A stretch of 64,000 bases of DNA from Lingula anatina (taxonomy: Eukaryota > Animalia > Brachiopoda). The position numbers were made by a program, and so were the translations under genes. Below, one piece after another: positions 36,631-49,300 of the stretch. Where the stretch lies: contig CM120648.1 of NCBI GenBank assembly GCA_051362555.1, forward strand, positions 1,837,721-1,901,720, written 5' to 3'. Position 1 is the stretch's first letter; every line of letters begins with the position of its first letter. The notes below the pieces were generated by a model. The model was given only the letters and a program-made list of their open reading frames with translations, ran no database searches and was not told the DNA's origin.

Positions 36631-39600
36631 AACTAGAGGATCAGAGAGGCGATACCGCCTCCGGATATTGTACCAGCAGCTGGAGTAAGCGCATTCGTAT
36701 GGACCCCCCCCTCCAAAAAGGGACACCATCACCAGTCTTGTGCTTGACAAGCTCTATAAAATGCAATCAACAGGAGTTCTCAAAATATACAAAAAAATAT
36801 AATTAAAAATGGTCAGTATATGACTTTCTATTCAACTTCAATAGTAACTATGGACCTATCTCTGCCAGTTTTGGAGATATAAGGGACTAAATGTTATAAT
36901 TTTGCAGTTACCATAATGTGCCATAATTTTCCTACAGAAAAAATTAATTAAAATAAAGAAAAGGTCATTTTGGTCAAAATTCTTGAAATGGGAGGTGCTC
37001 TGAAGTTCCAGATGTTCTAATTTGATGAAATAATGTCATTTTTGACCACAAGTTGCCTGCTTTGCCAAGCCTTATGTTTTATTTTTCTGGAGTTCAAAAT
37101 TAATTATCCATTACCGTACTGCACATTTTGCTTTCACCACCAATATGTACTTTTTGATACAGCGTAAATTTGGAGATAAAAGGGAAGCAAAATTTGCAAA
37201 GTTCAGTTCATGGTGAAAAGTAGGTCAAAGGTCAATTTCAAGGTCACATTCAGATTGCCAGTATGACTTCCTATTCAATACAACAGTAACTATGGACCTA
37301 TCTCTGCCAGTTTTGGAGATAAAAGGGAAAAAAATATGCAAAGTTCAGTTCATGGTGAAAAGTAGGTCAAAGGTCAATTTCAAGGTCACATTTAGATTGC
37401 CAGTATATGACTTCTTATTCAACCTCAATAGTAACTATGGACCTATCTCTGCCAGTTTTGGAGATAAAAGGGAAGCAAAATTTGCAAAGTTCATGTGATG
37501 AAAAGTAGGTCAAAGGTCAATTTCAAGGTCACAGTAAGATTGCCAGTATATGACTTCCCATTCAAGTTCAATAGTAATTATGGACCTATCTCTGCCAGTT
37601 TTGGAGATAAAAGGGAAGCAAAATTTGCAAAGTTCAGTTCATGGTGAAAAGTAGGTCAAAGGTCAATTTCAAGGTCACATTTAGATTGTCAGTATATGAC
37701 TTCATATTCAAGTTCAATAGTAACTATGGACCTATCTCTGCCAGTTTTGGAGATAAAAGGGAAGCAAAATTTGCAAAGTTCAGTTCATGGTGAAAAGTAG
37801 GTCAAAGGTCAATTTCAAGGTCACAGTAAGATTGCCAGTATATGACTTCCTATTCAACTTCAATAGTAACTATGGACCTATCTCTGCCAGTTTTGGAGAT
37901 ATAAGGGACTAAATGTTATAATTTTGGAGTTACCATAATGTGCCATAAATTTCCTACAGAAAAAATTAATCAAAATAAAGAAAAGGTCATTTTGGTCAAA
38001 ATTCTTGAAATGGGAGGTGCTCTGAGGTTCCAGATGTTCTAATTTGATGAAACAATGTCATTTTTGACCACAAGTTGCCTGCTTTGCCAAGCCTTATGTT
38101 TTGTTTTTCTGGAGTTCAAAATTAATTATCCATTACCGTACTGCACATTTTGCTTTCACCACCAATATGTACTTTTTGATACAGCGTAAATTTGGAGATA
38201 AAAAGGAAGCAAAATTTACAAAGTTCAGTTCATGGTGAAAAGTAGGTCAAAGGTCAATTTTAAGGTCACATTTAGATTGCCAGTATATGACTTCCTATTC
38301 AATACAATAGTAACTATGGACCTATCTCTGCCAGTTTTGGAGATAAAAGGGAAGCAAAATTTGCAAAGTTCAATTTATGGTGAAAAGTAGGTCAAAGGTC
38401 AATTTCAAGGTCACATTTAGATTGCCAGTATATGACTTCCTATTCAACTTCAATAGTAACTATGGACCTATCTCTGCCAGTTTTGGAGATAAAAGGGAAG
38501 CAAAATTTGCAAAGTTCAATTCATGGTGAAAAGTAGGTCAAAGGTCAATTTGAAGGTCACAGTAAGATTGCCAGTATATGACTTCCTATTCAACTTCAAT
38601 AGAAACTATGGACCTATCTCTGCCAGTTTTGGAGATAAAAGGGAAGCAAAATTTGCAAAGTTCAGTTCATGATGAAAAGTAGGTCAAAGGTCAATTTCAA
38701 GGTCACAGTAAGATTGCCAGTATATGACGACCTATTCAAGTTCAATAGTAATTATGGACCTATCTCTGCCAGTTTTGGAGATAAAAGGGAAGCAAAATTT
38801 GCAAAGTTCAGTTCAAGGTGAAAAGTAGGTCAAAGGTCAATTTCAAGGTCACATTTAGATTGTCAGTATATGACTTCATATTCAAGTTCAATAGAAACTA
38901 TGGACCTATCTCTGCCAGTTTTGGAGATAAAAGGGAAGCAAAATTTGCAAAGTTCAATTCATGGTGAAAAGTAGGTCAAAGGTCAATTTCAAGGTCACAT
39001 TTAGATTGCCAGTATATGACTTCCTATTCAACTTCAATAGTAACTATGGACCTATCTCTGCCAGTTTTGGAGATAAAAGGGAAGCAAAATTTGCAAAGTT
39101 CAATTCATGGTGAAAAGTAGGTCAAAGGTCAATTTCAAGGTCACATTTAGATTGCCAGTATATGACTTCCTATTCAACTTCAATAGTAACTATGGACCTA
39201 TCTCTGCCAGTTTTGGAGATAAAAGGGAAGCAAAATTTGCAAAGTTCAGTTCATGGTGAAAAGTAGGTCAAAGGTCAATTTCAAGGTCACAGTAAGATTG
39301 CCAGTATATGACTTCCTATTCAACTTCAATAGTAACTATAGACCTATCTCTGCCAGTTTTGGAGATATAAGGGACTAAATGTTATAATTTTGGAATTACC
39401 TTAATGTGCCATAAATTTCCTACAGCAAAAATTAATTAAAATAAAGAAAAGGTCATTTTGGTCAAAATTCTTGAAATGGGAGGTGCTCTGAAGTTCCAGA
39501 AGTTCAAATTTGATGAAATAATGTCATTTTTGACCACAAGTTGTCTGCTTTGCCAAGCCTTATGTTTTATTTTTCCAGAGTTCAAAATTTATTATCCATT

Positions 39601-40366
39601 ACCGTACTGCACATTTTGCTTTCACCACCAATATGTACTTTCTGATACAGCATAACTTGAAAACCGTACGGAATACAAAAAAACGGAGACCACCACCAGT
39701 GTTGGGCTTTACATGCTCTACAAAATGCAAAAAAGAATGGGTCTCTAGCATTAACGGTTCCCGAATTAGAGACAGTTTTCAGTTTCGCCATCTTATGGCC
39801 GCTACTCCGGTGAAAATGAACTGATTGACCCCAAATTCACGGAGATGAAGGATGACCTGAAGGGTAACACTTTCCAATAATATTATTGGTTAAGTCTGTG
39901 TGGTGTCTGAATAACAGGGCAAAAAATTTTTTTTTCGTAAAAAATTTAATTTTTTTGAAAATTTTGGCCCGTTTGACCTTGAAGTAAAGGTCAAAGGTCA
40001 AATCCAAGGGCATATTTGAAATCTACACATATGACTTTTGGAAAGCCGTCTGTAGAAATTTTTCCCATAACCCCTTCCGTAGGGTAGATAATTAGCATTT
40101 AATTTTGCCATTTTTGGACAAGGGTGCATTTCAATGAGTGCCACACCCAGACCCCAATACCGACAAAGCCCAAATTTTACGTGGAACGAGTTGAGATTAT
40201 AGGTGACCTAAATCCAAGAGATGGGTACGGGGGGCCTTACCGCCTAGGAGGAGAAGCGGTAACGGTAGCCGTCCGGCGGAGCCGGCGGAGCCAACGGAGC
40301 CAGCGGAACGATCCGGACGGGACCGAAACCATGTGTACCGCCAGCGCTAACGCTGGTGGTACAATA
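36631..40366 (+). mobile_element. ~3.7-kb Helentron/HINE-like non-autonomous element with an expanded internal satellite
   Basis: Starts AACTAGAG. Subterminal TATTGTACCAGCAGC (36666-36680) is inverted to GCTGGTGGTACAATA (40352-40366). A 3' hairpin TGTACCGCCAGCG-CTAA-CGCTGGTGGTACA is preceded by CGGAGC micro-repeats. No coding capacity. Confidence 0.7.
36812..39652. repeat. Higher-order tandem array: 146-bp monomer A and ~300-bp unit B arranged (partial A)-B-A5-B-A8-B
   Basis: TAGGTCAAAGGTCA anchors at 37221, 37363, 37506, 37652, 37798, 38243, 38388, 38534, 38680, 38826, 38972, 39118 and 39264. B starts at 36878, 37900 and 39366. Confidence 0.92.
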
Positions 40367-41625
40367 AAGGATTGGTAAAACAATCTATGTTAATCATAAA
40401 GAGTACAGGAGGAGACAGGGTTATGTCGGAAGTACCAGTACGCGTCACACAGTAACCCATTGGATCCCCCGGGCCTGCACGAGGGAAGGGGGGAGGGGAG
40501 AGAGAAAGGGGGCAGGGTCAATAACCTCCCTCCTCAAGGAAATCCCAGGACCCACCCGTGTTCTAGATAATCTAAGAACTTGTTTCTTTGAATCACAACC
40601 TGTGTCACAGGAATGTAAGTGAATATCATTGTCTTGTGGCTTATTACTGATTTGTTTAACAAGACGTAATTAGTAGAAACTGAGCTGAAATTTAAGCCTG
40701 AAATTGCCACTCATTTAGTCAATTTTTAAGCTGTTGTAGGACACATTGTGTCTGTACATAAAAAGATAACAAAATATTGAAAATGACATCCAACTACTAT
40801 TAGAAAAGCAATTAGTTATTCATTTATTTCAAATAGAATGACCCATGGGATAAATCAAACATTCAGTGGATCAGCTGCTGCCACGGAGAATCAACAAGTA
40901 TCAAATTCTTATTTCTTATATCTCTGACTAATTTTAGATCGCTTTCAAAAGCATATCACTGCACTTGATGTTACAGTTTGTATTATTCATAATCCCATTC
41001 AAAGTATGACTTATGTAAAACAATGCTTGGAAACGCCAAGTTACTATGCCTATAGAGTTGCACTGTCTAATTAATTAGCTTTTGTTTAATCATCTATCAC
41101 GTTTTAGTTTGAAAAACCACATCCTTAATTCAAAGAATTTTCACTATGGAATGAATGAAAATAATATCAAAATATCCAAAAACATAGGGGACTTTGTCTT
41201 TAAGATACATTTCAAATACGCAGTTAAAAGAGCATAAATTGTCCTAAATATTTTTGTGAGAAGTACAACATCACATCTTGTCATCTGAGAAAAATCAATA
41301 GACGTATGATAATTATCACAGTTGCTGTATAATTTACCTCCTCATATCTGGTAAATAAACTGGGAGGGCGGGGGGGGGGGGGGAATGAATTCAGCCTTTC
41401 TTGACTGCTGTGCCATCTACAGTGCTGTTGAAACACCTAGATGCAATACTTGATATTACACGGACAAACTTTTTGTATAATGACAAGTTTCACATTTTTC
41501 TGCTTGACACCCCACCCCCATTACAGTGAATATGGCAACAGAAAAGAAAAACTCTGGACAAACATTTGACTGACATAAGGCTAAGACAATATGAAAATTG
41601 GTCTTTTCTTGACTAGTGGCTCTTC

Positions 41626-44600
41626 TTATAGAGTAGTAGAGGTAACAGGATGGATCCCATGTACTAGCACAGTGGGCGGCAAATCGTCTGTCAATATGGC
41701 CAACTGTTTTAAATACTTGGTATACAAAGACTCTTTCTTGGGAGTTCTCGGCAGATATAAAAATGTCACTGCAGTATTCCCTTGGTTGCTACTATGTTGT
41801 TTGATAAGTTCGTTTAATTTCATTACATACTCGTCTGACACTACAGTATAATCTGTGCTTAATTTCGTTTCCTCTGCACTTTGCTGCGATGTAGCATGAT
41901 GAATTACAGCATCTGTCCATGGAATGGCTCGAATCTGCCCCAGAATCCTTAGCTGTTTCAAGATCTCTTCCAGCTTCTTCTGCTTTCTGTCTGTATCGGG
42001 ACCTTCACGTTCAACACATAGGAATATTCGCAGGGTGGTCTTGGATTTCCAACCAGAAACCATGTTGAGAATGCAAGCAAGCTGTAGAATGAAAAGGCAA
42101 CTCATGTCTAGGTAGCCCGCTGTTCTTGGGTTGAACATATTAACTGGCCAAACATCAATGAATTTGCGATTCTTGGACTTAATAATGGCCTCCTTGTCTA
42201 ACTGTTGGAAGTGACGACAAATGAAGATGTTTTTGGACATTTTCAGGGTGTCGGCAATCAACTTAACATACTCCTCTGCAGCTAAGGGCTTCCTGTCCCC
42301 TATTCCACGAAGCGGAGGAAAAATCTCTGCCACAGGGTCAGTACTGCCTTCTTCTGCGCTGCCGTAAAATGTTCTGGTTCTTCGTCTGCGGTGCACAAGG
42401 GTGTCCATAGGAACGCTATCATCGTAGAAACCAAGACAAATGGTATTTGGCTTCATTCCCCCTAACCCTGAAATGTAAACCAGATGGCGCATTCCCTCGC
42501 GGACCGACTCTGCCACGGTCATTTCAGCAAAGGCCTTGACCTTGAGACTGTCAATCAGGGCCAACCAGCCGGGATATTCCTGCTGAACCTCGTCGTCTTT
42601 CTGCTGGTCAAATTCTCCAACTTTAACATGTCCGAGAACGTATAGGCCACCTTTCTTTAAGTCGTTGACAAAATGGATCAGGTTTATGCAAGAGCGGGGG
42701 TTTGCAACCAGAAGCAGGATTTGAGGGCGCCAAAATTTCACATGTTCCTTGCGACTGTCCAACAACAATAAGTACTTGCGCACCTGAAAAACCAAAATCA
42801 AAGTCTCACATTAACACACAGTAAACACTTAAAAGCATACAAATAAATAAATAAGTAAATGAATAAATAAATAACAATTCTCATAAGTTGATAAAGTCTT
42901 GATATAATATTACAATAACTATTGGACTATTCAAGCATATTTTTTGCTGTGTATGAACTCACCTGATGTAATATGCTGTGTATAGACTCACCTGATGTAA
43001 TATGCTGTGTATAGACTCACCTGATGTAATATGCTGTGTATAGACTCACCTGATGGAATATGCTGTGTATAGACTCACCTGATGGAATATGCTGTGTATA
43101 GACTCACCTGATGGAATATGCTGTGTATAGACTCACCTGATGGAATATGCTGTGTATAGACTCACCTGATGGAAAATCAGCGCCTGACTAATGGATCCCC
43201 AGGATGTTGGCCATGTTCTCAGATGCAACACCATCACTAACAACATCAGTATGATGACTGCTACTGCTGCAAACACTGCGTTGATCAGAAAACACATGGC
43301 AAGGCATCCCAGCATGCCCAGTAAAGATGTCCACCAGAAAAAGTACTTGAACGTGGGTCTAAAGTTAGGCGCAGATGCCAACTCCAAGGCAAGACAAGCT
43401 AGATTGGTGGCTGCGTAGGACAAGAGGAAAAAGACGGACACCAGAGGGGCGATTGCATTCAAGGAACCAATCAGAAGCACCAACTGGAAAATATAGAACA
43501 TGTGGAACCAATCAAAAACCAGTAACTGTTGGAAACTGGGGTTTGTCTCCTTTGAAATTTTAGTACTGTTGCTAAATGATAACTTATTATTAGTTTTTTT
43601 AATTGTTCATGTGATGTAAATATTCTACTGCCAATGTTTTTTTAATAAATTTAAACATTATGTAAGATGCACTGAAATTTTTCTGGAAAGTGCCGTAAAA
43701 TAATTTATTAGAGCTACGTACTTGTGGGAACAGTACTTTATTATGAAACATGGTTTGTACTACATTTTAGCTTTCACTTAAAAGATCCAAATATTTCTTT
43801 CAACATATCTATGCTAATCACTAACAAACCCTCTTAAGTAGCAATATACTAAACACATTCTATAAAAGCAGTGAAAACGATGTAAAATATCTTGCCAATT
43901 TTATGTTCAATGTACTCTCAATCGGGTACCAATCATTACATGCCAATCTACATTGCCTACCTGAACTAATAGCCAAGAGATAATGACAGCTACCCAGGGG
44001 TTCCCAGATCTAGTGACTATAGTGGCAGGCTTCAACAAGAACCCTAAAAAATATATATAATCACATCAATTTAATGTGTGCATTACACTTATGTATAACA
44101 GCAAAATAAATAAATAAACAAATAAAAAGACATTTCCTAGAAATTTCAATACTTTACTCTTTCTCATTAAGTATAACCCCCCACACAAACACCAAAAAAA
44201 AAAAAAAAACCTGGAGGAAGATTATGATCTAGAAACCTATTGCGATGCTGTAAATTCATGTAGAAGATGTCAGAACTTACAAAACAACTCGTCTCTTGCC
44301 AGGGCTTCCAGAACTCTGGACGCTCCAATCAGGTTACCGAGAGCAGCAGACAGAGTGGCGGCAAATATGCCAATGATTACAAATGGTGCCCAGATGTTCA
44401 CTTCCTGTAGGTAGCCATAATTATTCCTCAAAAGGTCCCTAGAAATTGGACAAAGAATTTTGGTGAAATTTGAGACACTTGGTAGTTCATTTCGACAGAC
44501 TATGGGGAAAAAGGAAGTGTCCTAAAAATGTTCAAAAGTCTTAGGAATGCAACTAAATTTTAATTTTAATAAATATTGACAAAATTTTCCTAAAAATCTG

Positions 44601-45139
44601 ACAAAGTTCTCTAAAAATTGAGTAAAGAATTATTTCTGTCAATCATTTAAATAATTACCCTGAGGCAGTGAATGCAGTGATGAAGGCAAGGATGATGTAA
44701 GTGGTGAAGGTAAAGCTGACAGCTCCTAGAGTTCCACGGGGTATAGATCTACTGGGGTCTTTCAGTTCACCTATGGAATACATGAATAAAGAGAACAAGT
44801 TAATCCACAGATCAAATACGGCGCCACTCACTTGAAAGCGTGCTGAGATTCTATTGCCCTGCCCAAGCTGGGACGGTGTGCATTGGAGGCAGGAAGCAAT
44901 TGTCAACTGTGCGCAACATTTGATACGCAGTCTAGTTAATCTGTAGATCAAAGACTTCACTTGTGGTTCAAGCTAAACTTTTCACTCCATTTTAAGGGAC
45001 TGCTTTGGACTTCTCATAAACAAAAGTAGACAACAATTTTGTTTTAAAAGTCAAGGTCAAATCCGGGGCTTAAAATTCTTTGTGTGAAATCAGCCCCAGA
45101 AGCTCTGAGTAAGCAAGATACACGTGCACACAAACACAT

Positions 45140-45181
<42 letters not shown>

Positions 45182-46279
45182 TTACCCACCTGACATATTT
45201 GAACCATTCATGATTCCTGTGACACTACTAAACAGTACAGCAAACACAATGGCAAAGTTCTGAATCACCTTAGGGTTGGTGTAGTCAGCAGTGTACTTGC
45301 CTGAAAATGAAGAAGACCAATCCTTCAGCAAAAAATAAATAAAATAAAAAAATAAAAATAAAAAAATAAATAAATAAATAAATAAATAAATAAAAAAATT
45401 AAAAAAATTAAAAAAAAGTTATATAAGAAGCAAAACTTCTTGGTCTGCTAACTTAAGAATAGCACCCTGCAACACTGAAAACAACAACAATATTGAAGTT
45501 GGACAAGTAAAATTTTGGTAAATTTCTTGTGTTACTGATAACTGTTTTATCTCCTTGAGTCTAGAAGATGTTTTGGGTTGGTACCAACACGGTATTCTGA
45601 CTGTAATAAGTACCCTGTTGACTCAAAGAGACAAGTAGGCTAAAACATTTAAGCACAGAGGGAGATAGAGAGTGGCCATGGTCACAAACAGTTGATCTGC
45701 AGACTATCTAGTCCATGGATCAAATATGGTGCGACCCACTTGCAGAAAGCTTGTCAAGATTAAATTGCTCTGCCTCTGCTGGGAGCATGGGCATGGGAGG
45801 CAGGAATCCATTGTCAAGTGTATGCCATATTTGATCCACATACTGGTTAGTCTGCGAATCAACTTGTTATGAATGAGGCCAGTGTCTTAATTGAAGGCAT
45901 GGGCTGAGTGTATCAAGTGTCATTCACATAGAAAAAAAATCAGTCCATTTGTACTGACCAGTATAAGATGTTGATGTTTACATTACCTGTGGAACTTGTG
46001 GAACTCACCAAATAAATTCTCCATGAAAGTGTGAATACTGTATCCAGTATAATTGTAAAAGACGGTGGTCACATTTTCAGTGACATTGCTTACATCAGGA
46101 TAAACCAGCGTATTGGTCCGTGGTATAGGAATGGGTATGGGGAGTTCCGAGGCTTGTTTCACAAATGTGCTGATAATAACCATCAAAGTACACAAAACTA
46201 CAACCTAAAAAGAAAAAGGAACTATTTTTCTGTACTCTGAAGGCATTGCTCAAATAAACAAACAAACAAACAAACAAAA

Positions 46280-46322
<43 letters not shown>

Positions 46323-49300
46323 ATGTGAGATTTCTCTTTCTGTTTGAACATGATGTACTGTGATATGACGTGATGTGGTATGAGGTGATGTGATATCAGA
46401 TAATATGATATCACTGGTTGGACTTCAAATCAAATCATGACTTTAGGACCACAAATATAGACTAATATGTATATTATACAGAGTTTGTTCGCCTCAGTGT
46501 TGGCCAAACTCCCAGACAAGTTGCGTCATTACCAATGTGACATTATTTATTTATAAAATATTCATAGATTACTATGGGATTTCTACCATGGCCCATAGGA
46601 GCCTATGCATGCGAAAACAACATGCACCTCGTCTATTTCATATGCTATTAATCCCTACAGCAGCGAAATTGACAAGACCTATGTTGCCTTTGTCTTTTAC
46701 TACAGAGCTTTGAGCTCCAAAAATGACATGACTGAGTCTGTTTCGCCACAAGATTGACATGTTACGTTTGTCTCTTACTGCACATGGATCTTTGAGCTTC
46801 AAATGGCTATGTTATAAAAGGCAATCTTGCATTTAGGGAGCCAGAAAGTTACAAAATAAGCATGACTATATGTCAATTTCGTGTTTTAGACAAATGCATC
46901 ATGGGTCTGGTCAATTTCCTGTCTATGGGCCTCAGTGAATGACGAACAAGACATGACCATGTGAATTTCGAGTTTTATAACATAGCCATTTCAAGCTCAA
47001 AGAGGCTAAGGGTTGTGTCAATCTCGCATCTATGCAGTTCAGTAATTGGCCAAACAGACTCAGTCATGTCATTTTCGGGTCTCAAAGCTCTGTAGTAAAA
47101 GATGAACGTGGCATAGGCCGTGTCAGTTCCGCTGATACAGGGCTTAATAACATACGAAATAGATGCAGTGCATGTTGTTTTCGTATGTTAAGGGGCATCT
47201 AAAAGACGCACGCGTAGGCTCCTATGGGCCATGGTAGATTTCAATTTCTTACCACAGGAAGTCTCTCTTATCCCTCTTTAACCCCACCCGTTACCAAAGT
47301 TAATGAGATCAAGAGCTTAATGTGAATATTGGCTCTGAACAAGACTTACCATCAAAATAAACAAGCTCGTCCTGGCAAACATAGCTCCCCCTATCATGCA
47401 GACAATGAGGCAAAAAATCAGCACCACAGTAGCGTAGAGATAGGAGTATCCCTTGAAGCTGGCATTAATGTCGTCTTCAGGAAGAGGTGGATCAAGATTA
47501 AGGGTTCCTAATATATCGAAAAGAACACTTTGGTGTTAAAAATGAAAATGTAAAATTTAACAGAATAAGAAGAATTTAAGAGTGCTTATTCATATGCTGG
47601 GGAAATGTAATTCAAGGCTATCCAGACAGATATTTCCACTTTACCATCCAGTCTACCAATGTAAAGAATAAGTCAAAGCAGAGAATGTGTAAACATACAA
47701 AACAACTCCGTAGGAAAAATTTTAATCTGGTACAGCATTACCTTTTATCAATGATGAGGTATATATCATTGTTGCTTATTATTATTTATAAATGCTAAAT
47801 TTTATGACCCCATTTGTCACTTTTTTGTCTAAATTTGGTGCAGGTACATAACGTCATATATGTAGAAATACACATAAAATTCAAACAAAATTGATCTTTT
47901 ATTCCAATATTTGTTTATTTATCTTTCATTCAATCATTTAATATTCAAACTTTGCACCAACTTTTTTTCTTTACTCTTTGACTTTTGGTGACTTCCAAAA
48001 TCTGTAAAAAATGACGACAAAGGTGCCTTTCTTTTAGTAATACAAGCCATCTTGTTCAGCAATCACTACCTCCAGGTCCGAAATTGGACAGCAAGCCCTC
48101 CACAAACCCAGCCACGTACAAGGCAGCTGAGAAAACATTGGCAAAAAAGAAGAGGAGTCCTATGGCCCCTCCAAACTCTGGTCCCAGTGCACGGCTGATC
48201 ATGTCTGGGAGAGTTGTTAAGGTCATAAAAGGTCAAGTGCTTCCCTAAGTGAAGGGAAAATTTCACCTTACTTGGAAGGACAGGTAAATTTGCAGTTGTT
48301 AAGTTATGATTGAAATGATAGGTTTTTTTTTCCTTATCAACTCTGAATCTATGTCGACGTAGAAGCATAAATGTATTTTCTGCCAAAAAAATGTTGCAAG
48401 CCAGAAACAATACAAAACATCTTTGAATTTAACAAAAATCATTGTTGGTGGCTTAATCATTAGTCGAAAATAAATGCATCAAATTTTTTCAAGTTAAAGA
48501 TGCATACAAAGTCAATTTTTTGTCACAAAAACCAACCAAATGCCAGCATATAGTTTCAAGTAGTATAACTAAGAGAATTACCAAAAGGCATTGTTTAATT
48601 TTACCCGAAAATGATGTTTGAACAGATTTTTCTGCTGGCATTCTAAGCTGTATGTCAATGGGGCAGGAAAGTAGGTCACGGAAGTATGTTAAATTTACAA
48701 CCATAAATTTAAAGAAAGGAGCAGTCTAAAGGTCTTTTATGGCTGATCGAGTGATCTATTCAGTTTATCCCTTGGCATGTCGAATTTATTTGAGTCATAT
48801 AAGAATCTAGTAGAAGTGGTTTACATGTGTTACTCGGAATCCACACTCCACCGATGCTCGGTTCGTATGTACCTTTAAGGTTTTAAAACAGATTCAGATT
48901 GTTAAAGAAAGTCATATACCACAGGTAATTTTGTATCAACAATTTATCAAAATAAATTCAATTTTACAAAAACCAAAATGCTGAACATGTAGCTATGATC
49001 ATCATTAACGTATTGTCATATACAAGTCACTTCAGTGACAGCTCTCATGAAAGGATACAGTAGGCTCCGCCCCCTTCTATAGCACCATTGGTTGAAATTG
49101 CACAGATTGACAGCACAGTGAGCAGCAGGATGGTGTAAGCTAAGACGAACATCAATAAGGTCTGCAGCATTCCTGCTTCACCCACAACAAAACCTGAGAA
49201 CATGGCAAAAACAAGTGGCTATTTATTAAAATGTTTATGAGGTCTACATCTTGTAAAAGTATATAATAATTGGACTAAAGGTAGTTCTCTGTGAAAAAAA

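Noticed and set aside
36812-39652. Repeat-spacer-like array that might suggest CRISPR
   Set aside because: Units are 146 bp, the intervening blocks are near-identical rather than unique, there are no cas genes, and the context is eukaryotic.
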